A stretch of DNA of 64,000 bases from the human T2T-CHM13v2.0 reference genome, Homo sapiens: NCBI RefSeq assembly GCF_009914755.1, contig NC_060928.1; one strand, written 5' to 3'. Below, piece by piece: positions 57,290 to 64,000 of the stretch. How positions within the stretch are numbered: position 1 is the stretch's first letter; every line of letters begins with the position of its first letter. The notes beneath the pieces are model-generated. The model had not been told where the DNA came from. It saw only the letters and a list, made by a program, of their open reading frames with translations, and did no database searches. The position numbers and the translations under genes are program-made.

Positions 57290-57790
57290 TGAGGTACTGA
57301 GCACAGTATCCAAAATTAGTTTTTCCACCTCCCCCACAGTAGTTCCCATTGTCTATTCCTGTCATATGTATGTTCATGACATAAAATTTGTGACATACTT
57401 ATATGTTCTACTTATAAGTTCTACATATAACTCAATGTTTAGCTTCTACTTATGTGTGAGTACATGTGATATTTGGTTTTCTGTTTCTGTGCTAATTTGC
57501 TTAGGATAATGGTCTCCAGCTGTATCTGTGTTTTTGCAAATAATATGATTTCATTTTTTTTTATGGTCACATAGTAGTCCATGATGTATATGTACCATAT
57601 TTGCTTTATCCAGTCCACCATTGATGGGTGCCTAGTTTGATTCCATGTCCTTGTTATTGTGCATAGTACATGCTAGGGCATGTGGCATTTCGGTAGAACA
57701 GTTTGTTTTCTTTGGGGACTATATGAAGTAATGGGATTGCTGGGATGAATGGTAGTTCTGTTTTAAGTTCTTTGAGAAATCTCCAAACTC
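57290..57790 (-). mobile_element. L1PB/L1MA 3' fragment
   Basis: ORF2-tail peptide VDWIKQIWYIYIMDYY…KYHMYSHISRS; gttctttgagaaatctccaaact. Confidence 0.85.
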
Positions 57791-58794
57791 AAATTGCAGT
57801 TACTTTAATTATATCACATATCAATAGTTAAATTTAAATTGTTTAAATAACACTGAATATCTTATTTGGTTGTTTGCAAATTTAATTAAATCTTACTCAA
57901 TGTTTTTTGGCCATAATTCTCTCTAGTATTCAAGCATGTAATGTCCATCTAGTTAATAATGTAAAGAACTGGAATTATTCTTTGTACCCATTTCATCTAC
58001 ATACAAACATATAGAACTTTAAGAGCAACATGAATTGCTTAATACAAGATGGTGTTTCTTAGTTACCCTGTGAAACTGATGTGAATACCTCACCAACTCA
58101 TCCTTAGCTCTAGAATCATAAGATGGAATCTAAATACAAGCAAAAAATAGATGCTTTGCACCACTTTTTCATGCACAAATCTTTTGCATTTTTACTGGTT
58201 ATAAGGCAAGATTTCACAAGTTAATTAATGTGTCTATTTTCTTGCTGAAGGTGCTCTTGCTGCTCCAGTCCCAGTAGCATTCATCTCTGACACCGAGAGT
58301 GACACACCTGCAGACCTTCATGGCATTTGGATGCACTGACCTTTCCTTTTGAGGATATAGGGCGAGAGGTGTGGAGAAGCGTATCCCTGTGGCTTGAACT
58401 CACATAAGGGAGAAGGTTTAGGGTTAGGGATCATGCTATGTCAGAGCAGAGAGCTGGATGCTAAAAAGCAGAGGTGATCGTATATTCTTTAATAAATATA
58501 TTTTCTGATTAGTTTGTATATATAAATTAAAGCATGAGACTGAGGGTAGAAGCCCTTGTTGCCTAGATCTAAGGATAGGGCTACACAGTGACAGGTTAGA
58601 CAGTGACTGCGCTAGGGATGAAATGGAAGATGAGCCCTTGGAGTAAGGAGGTGAGGAAGAAAAGCTGCAGGAAGCCAATCTGCTTTGAGAAGTGACTTCA
58701 GTGATATTTGATATAACAAAAAGCCTTAACTTTATGACTTCCGTGGACTGAAGTTTCTGCTTAAAATAATACCACAAAATTTACCCTATCCCAA

Positions 58795-58850
58795 ACACAC
58801 ACACAAACACGCACACACACACACACAAGCACACACACATGCATGCACAC
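58795..58850. repeat. Imperfect (CA)n
   Basis: Directly visible. Confidence 0.85.
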
Positions 58851-59307
58851 ATTCTGCAGGATTTACAGCCCTGCCTTGCCTGTGAATGGATTATAGTGCT
58901 CTGCATGAAGTACATTCCCTTTATTCCCTCGCAGCCTGACCTAAGTGGAACATAAAATGTCTTAAAAAGGCCCATCCAAAACAGATCACTAACAGAGTCC
59001 CCCTGGAGACCGTTGGAGTCAGCAGTTTCTCAGGTCACCATATTTTACAGATATTCAGATTTTCATGGTGATTTACTGGGTCATTAAAGTAATTCTTGAA
59101 TTGCTAAACAATGTATATTATTTGCCTTCTGCCCTGGAAAACTGTCCTGTTAGATGTGCAGGATGCTCCTAGGAAAGACTCTGGGTCCATAAATCTTTCA
59201 CTGAAGAGAACAGCCAGTGTGTCTTCTGGCCCCAGGAACCCACCCCTATCCATATGGTCAGTAGTCAATCGGGGGGACACTAAGCATCTCAGCCCTAATG
59301 ATGTCTC

Positions 59308-60245
59308 TGATTCATTTATCACTGAACAAATATTTATTAACTTCTACAATGTCCCAGCACATTTCTTGCTGCCAAGAACACAGCAGTGAACTGATCAAAT
59401 GCCTGCCCTCATGGAGCTTACTTTGTTGAGACAGTAGACAATGAATAATTATTTGTATAAATCCATCACACGTCAGATGATAAGGAAAATGAGGAAGGGT
59501 CAGGGTGATATGATGTGTGAGGGTGGTGTATGCTATTTATTTTAGGTCAATTAGTCAGTGACAGCCTTCCTGCTGATGTGATATTGAAACAGAGACCTGA
59601 ATGGAATGAACATACAGGTCATGAACAGACCTGGGCGAGAGCATTCCCGGAGAGACAACTGGAAGAACAAAGACCGTGACATGCAGGCTGGCAAGCATGT
59701 CAGAGGGGCAGCGTGAGAGGCCAGGGTGCAGAGACAGTGGGAATCAGGCTCAAAAGGTCATGGGGTCTGGTTCAGCGAGAAGGCTTTGCTTTCACTCTGA
59801 GCGAGATGATAATCCACTGGAGGGTTTTGTGCAAAGAGGGAAGTAATGTGATTTATTTATTGAAAGAATTGCTTTGGCCACTTCGTGAAGAGACCAGAGG
59901 AGGAAGGGTGGAAGGAGAGAGAGTAGGTGAGAGACTATTGCAACAATCCAGACGAGAGATGATAATAATAGATAGCATTTATTTAGCACTTATAATGTGC
60001 TAGGGTCTAGAAATCCTTTAAATTACTTTATGTATGTTAATTTACAAGTACTCACAGCAGCTCTATGAGATAGGCTCTAATATTGTGTCTATTTTACAGA
60101 TGAGGAAACTAAAGCATAGAGTATTTAAATAATCAATCCAAGGTCACAAAAGTTACTGGTGTGTTGGACCAGGGTGGTGGACTTGGAGGCAGTTGGACGG
60201 AGAATGCACTCGGAAGATAGAGCCAACAGGATGTGTTGATGGAAG
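59308..60245 (-). mobile_element. L2 fragment with a nested MIR (~59960-60160)
   Basis: attcatttatcactgaacaaatatttatt…cctgccctcatggagctta…gagactattgcaacaatccagacgagagatg; MIR core attttacagatgaggaaact. Confidence 0.7.
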
Positions 60246-60314
60246 ATTTTTAATATTTCAATAATAATAGCTCCCATTTATCAAGCATTTATAATGTGAC
60301 TGCTTCAGGGTTAA

Positions 60315-60612
<298 letters not shown>

Positions 60613-61154
60613 AGAGTTAAAATCTTTACGTAAATAATCTCATACAACTTTCACACCTACCCTGTAAATAAGCTACAGTTATTCTCCACACTTTATAACT
60701 GTGGGAATCAATACTCAGAGAATTCAGATGATTTGTTCATGGTCATATCTGGTAAGAGCCTGACTTCTGCCTGACTCTAGCCTGTGAGCTGTGCAGCTGG
60801 ACTTTCCTGCCTTTCTACTTGCTTCCTTATCAATTCCTATATGTAGTCAGGATCTTTTGCATCAATCTGTAGCTTCTGGCTTGCATGCTTGTCTTTTGAA
60901 CTCAAGATCACACTTGACTTTAAATGTTACTTCCTCCATGGACCCTTCTCTGGCCTTTTCCTCTTTCAGTAGTTTTATTTTCTGTATCATATCATATCCA
61001 ATTATCTGTGCTATGGACTGACTTGTGCCCCACCCTCCCCCAACATGCATATGTTAAGCATCTTACATCTCTACCCCGACTGAGATGGTATTTGGAGATG
61101 AAGCCTTTGGGAGATAATTAGATTCAGATGAGGACATGAGGGTGGGGCCCTCAC

Positions 61155-61488
61155 AGAGACACCAAGGTGGGAGGGGGTCCCCGGACAAACTCCAACCAGC
61201 CTGCCCAATGAGGTGGAGCCTTTGCAAGTTCCTGCCCTTTGCATCAGGGAGGAGCCTGGCCTCACCCTTTCCTGTGTGGAATCTGGTATTCCAATGGCAG
61301 GTGGGAAACACTCTAGCAGGGACTCTGACCTTGCGGAGGATCTCTGTTTCCCCCTCTTTTTTTTTTTTTCCTTTTCACCCAATAAAAACCTGCTTTACTC
61401 ACCCCTTAAACTACGAGCCTAAACTTCTGTGGCTGTGGGACAGAGAAGAACCCTATCTTTAGCTAAACTAAGGAAAAGTCCTGCAACA
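61155..61488 (+). mobile_element. MER61-like ERV1 solo LTR
   Basis: gagacaccaaggtgggagggggtccccggacaaactcc … aataaa … gctaaactaaggaaaagtcctgcaaca; 4-bp TSD tcac/tcat. Confidence 0.8.
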
Positions 61489-61491
61489 TCA

Positions 61492-61694
61492 TGTAAGAGA
61501 CACTATAGTGTCTCTTACAAGAAGAGACACTATAGTGTCTCTTACAACAAGAGACACTATAGTGTCTCTTACAACAAGAGACACTATAGTGTCTCTTACA
61601 ACAAGAGACACTATAGTGTCTCTTACAACAAGAGACACTATAGTGTCTCTTACAACAAGAGACACTATAGTGTCTCTTACAACAAGAGACACTA
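61492..61694. repeat. Palindromic 27-bp minisatellite, 7 copies plus an inverted arm
   Basis: Unit TAGTGTCTCTT-ACAAC-AAGAGACACTA x7 (61506-61694), preceded by tgtaagagacacta. Confidence 0.97.
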
Positions 61695-63044
61695 GAGATC
61701 TTGTTCTCTTTCTCTCTGCCATGTGAAAACACAGCAAGAAGAAGGCCATCTGCCAGCAGAAGAGAGCTCTCACCAGAACCCAACCATGCTGGTACAAGGA
61801 TCTGAGACTTCCAGCCTCTAGAACTGTGAAAAAATAAATTTCTGTCATTTAGGTCACCCAGTCTATGATATTTTACTATGGCAGCCTGAGTGTATTAAGA
61901 TAATATGTATCTTATGATATCACATGTAATTATATATGCTATTATATACCATAATATAATATATTATATTCCATTGCATTGTATCATGTAGTATGTTGTA
62001 TATTATATTATCTCTATTTTCTGCTAGCCTGTTTGCTCTGTTTGTGTCTGCCTGGTTCATCACTTATCTCCAGAAACTTGCATGTTACCTAGCACATAGT
62101 AGGTGTACTATAATATTTGACAAGTGCAAAAATAAATGAATAAATAATTACAGCCATCCTGAATAACTACCACTGCCAGTTACAGGATTTCCCAACCTGA
62201 CTCCAGCCTGCTTGATCAGTGTTTCCAATGAGCCTACCTTTAGGTCTAGTGGAAGATCTGACCCATTAGTTTCTCAGCTCAACCAGTTCTTTCTGCCCAA
62301 CATTTTCAGAGCTGACTCCAGTTCTGTACTACCTCCCTGAGGGATGTTGGGCAAGTCATCTCTCCTCCTTGTTCTTCAGGTGTCTCATCAAGACAGTGTA
62401 ACTCTGGGCTCCAACAGCTCTGACAAAAGAGTATTCAGATCATCATTTAAGACAAAATGAAAATTGTGGAGGGAAGGATATATCAGGAAATCTTTCAAGT
62501 CAGCAATTCATTCTGAGAATAAAGGAGCAATTCTCTGAGTCCAGAGCTGTGGGTGGTGGGGACAGAGAGGGCCACCTAATTGCCCCCAGCTGCCAGCTTC
62601 AAGTCTGGGAAACTTGTCAAACCAGGCGCTGTGTTTTGTAATCTCTTTCAACAGGCTGTACACACAGAGGCATTGTGGATGGATTTGTGGTGCTAAAGTA
62701 CGCACGCCCTTTCCGGAGGGGCAGTGCCTTTGAATATTTAACAAGGCAGGTAATTGTCCTAAATGAAGGTGGAATTGAGTTTTGTGGTTTGGGTCAGCTG
62801 TGGCCTAAATTATGAAACTAAAAAGAGGATGGACAATTTTTATTGATTTGAGTCCAATTTTTTCTTTATTTGTTGCTTTAAATGTACGTACTTTTTCCCA
62901 GCAGCTTCCTGTCTGGATAATAGAAAACTCTTTCTGTAAGTGGTTGACAGACTTTCATTCGTACCTGGGCTGCCAGGAGCCATTTGTAACTCCCATTCTG
63001 CATGTTTACAGTTCTCTGTATATCTGGGATTTATTTCTTTGTTT

Positions 63045-63290
63045 ATTCATTCATTCAACCAGCTTTGATTGAATTCCTACTATGTGTATATGGAAAAAAA
63101 ATACTTGTTTTTTGCAAAAAAAAAAAAAAAAAAAAAGAGTAAAAATGTTTCAGCTCTCAAGAAGTTCCCAGTCTAGCAGAACAGGCATGTAAATCAGGAT
63201 ACACTGGCGATGTAATGGGTGATGTGTTATGATGAGGAAAGTGCAGAGTCCCCTAGGAGAAATAGACACAACTTATCCTGGCTTGGATTG
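63045..63290 (-). mobile_element. L2 fragment
   Basis: ttcattcattcaacc…gaattcctactatgtg…ctctcaagaagttcccagtctagcag. Confidence 0.55.
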
Positions 63291-63499
63291 GCCGTCAGAT
63301 AAGACATTTCAGCAGATGTTCCTCTGACTTGGTCTTCACTCATTTTATCTCAACACTTAATATTCAAGTTGGCAAACCATTAAACATCTGGTGGATTCTG
63401 CTTTCCATGCTGAGTTGGTTAGACTAGGTTTTAATGGGTTTCCTGGCATTCCTATAAAACTCTCTTAAAAGTCTAGGCTTTTCTTGCTTGGGAAATAGT

Positions 63500-63665
63500 G
63501 TATCAGAGATGCTAAGAGATTCATCTTTGAAATCAGACAGCATGGATCCAATTCTGGTTTCACTCCTCATTTGCTGTATCCCATAGGAAACATTTAAATG
63601 CCATGGCCCTACGTTTCCTATCTATAAAATGATGTGAATAACAGTCACCCCTTCATAGAGTTTCT
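63500..63665 (+). mobile_element. MIR fragment
   Basis: ctttgaaatcagacag…gtttcctatctataaaatg…cttcatagagt. Confidence 0.6.
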
Positions 63666-63795
63666 GGAAAATAGCATTTAATTAATATCATCTGTGACAG
63701 TGAAAAAATATTAGTAACTCCATGAAAACTTACTGCATTTATAAGAAGAGGCCATTGGCATATATCAAATATACTGGAAAAATATGGAATTAGGT

Positions 63796-64000
63796 CAATG
63801 GCTCTCAATCGTGGGTGATTTTGCCCCACAAGGGTCATTTAGGAACATCAGAGGACACTTCCAGATTTCAGAATTTGGGAAGAAAGAGGGTGCTGGTGAT
63901 CTGGTAGGTAGAAGCAAGAAATGCTGATGAACAGCCTACAAAACATAAGATGGTCACCATGACAAAGAATCATCTGGCCCAAAAATGTTAAAAGAGTTAA
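63796..64000 (+). mobile_element. MER20 relic, running to the window edge
   Basis: caatggctctcaatcgtgggtgattttgccccac…gacaaagaatcatctggcccaaaaatgt. Confidence 0.75.

Larger units (their letters stand above)
61009..61902 (+). mobile_element. MLT1A/MST-type MaLR LTR hosting a MER61-like LTR and a minisatellite
   Basis: tgctatggactg…gaggacatgagggtggggccc … gacttccagcctctagaactgtgaaaaaataaatttctg…gcagcctgag…taagata. Confidence 0.85.

Noticed and set aside
61499-61508. GACACTATAG matches the SP6 promoter core (vector contamination?)
   Set aside because: The upstream ATTTAGGT is absent, and the motif is explained by the MaLR-derived palindrome.
61492-61694. CRISPR-like array of palindromic repeats
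   Set aside because: No unique spacers, no cas genes, eukaryotic context; it is a tandem repeat.
61429-61848. Repetitive ORFs (KRHYSVSYN, RDTIVSL)
   Set aside because: Artefact of a 27-bp (9-codon) repeat lacking stops.

Overview
Primate (human-like) genomic DNA, AT-rich and dominated by transposable elements. I recognise no intact host gene. Main elements: (1) a 6.03-kb deleted-type HERV-H provirus on the minus strand (13646-19676) with two LTR7s, a 5-bp AAATG target-site duplication (TSD), a His-tRNA primer binding site (PBS) and degraded gag/pro/pol. (2) A full-length but disabled L1PA3/4-type LINE-1 on the minus strand (~50672-56856) that keeps the ZNF93-bound 5'UTR segment and an open antisense ORF0, and has no visible TSD. 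(3) Ten Alus, MaLR/ERVL/ERV1 LTRs, hAT DNA-transposon relics, and old L1M/L2/MIR fragments. Signals the repeats do not explain: a chain of splice-site-bounded, protein-like minus-strand segments from ~33.3 kb to ~5.85 kb, including an Alu-split exon and a duplicated module with codon-like divergence, which may be a dead (unitary pseudo)gene; a doubled REST/RE1 site at 40012-40044; a homogeneous 7x27-bp hairpin/palindrome minisatellite at 61492-61694; and a 121-bp templated insertion at 4177-4297 copied from 336-456. Family names come from my recall of consensus sequences, not from a search, and boundaries of old repeats are approximate.
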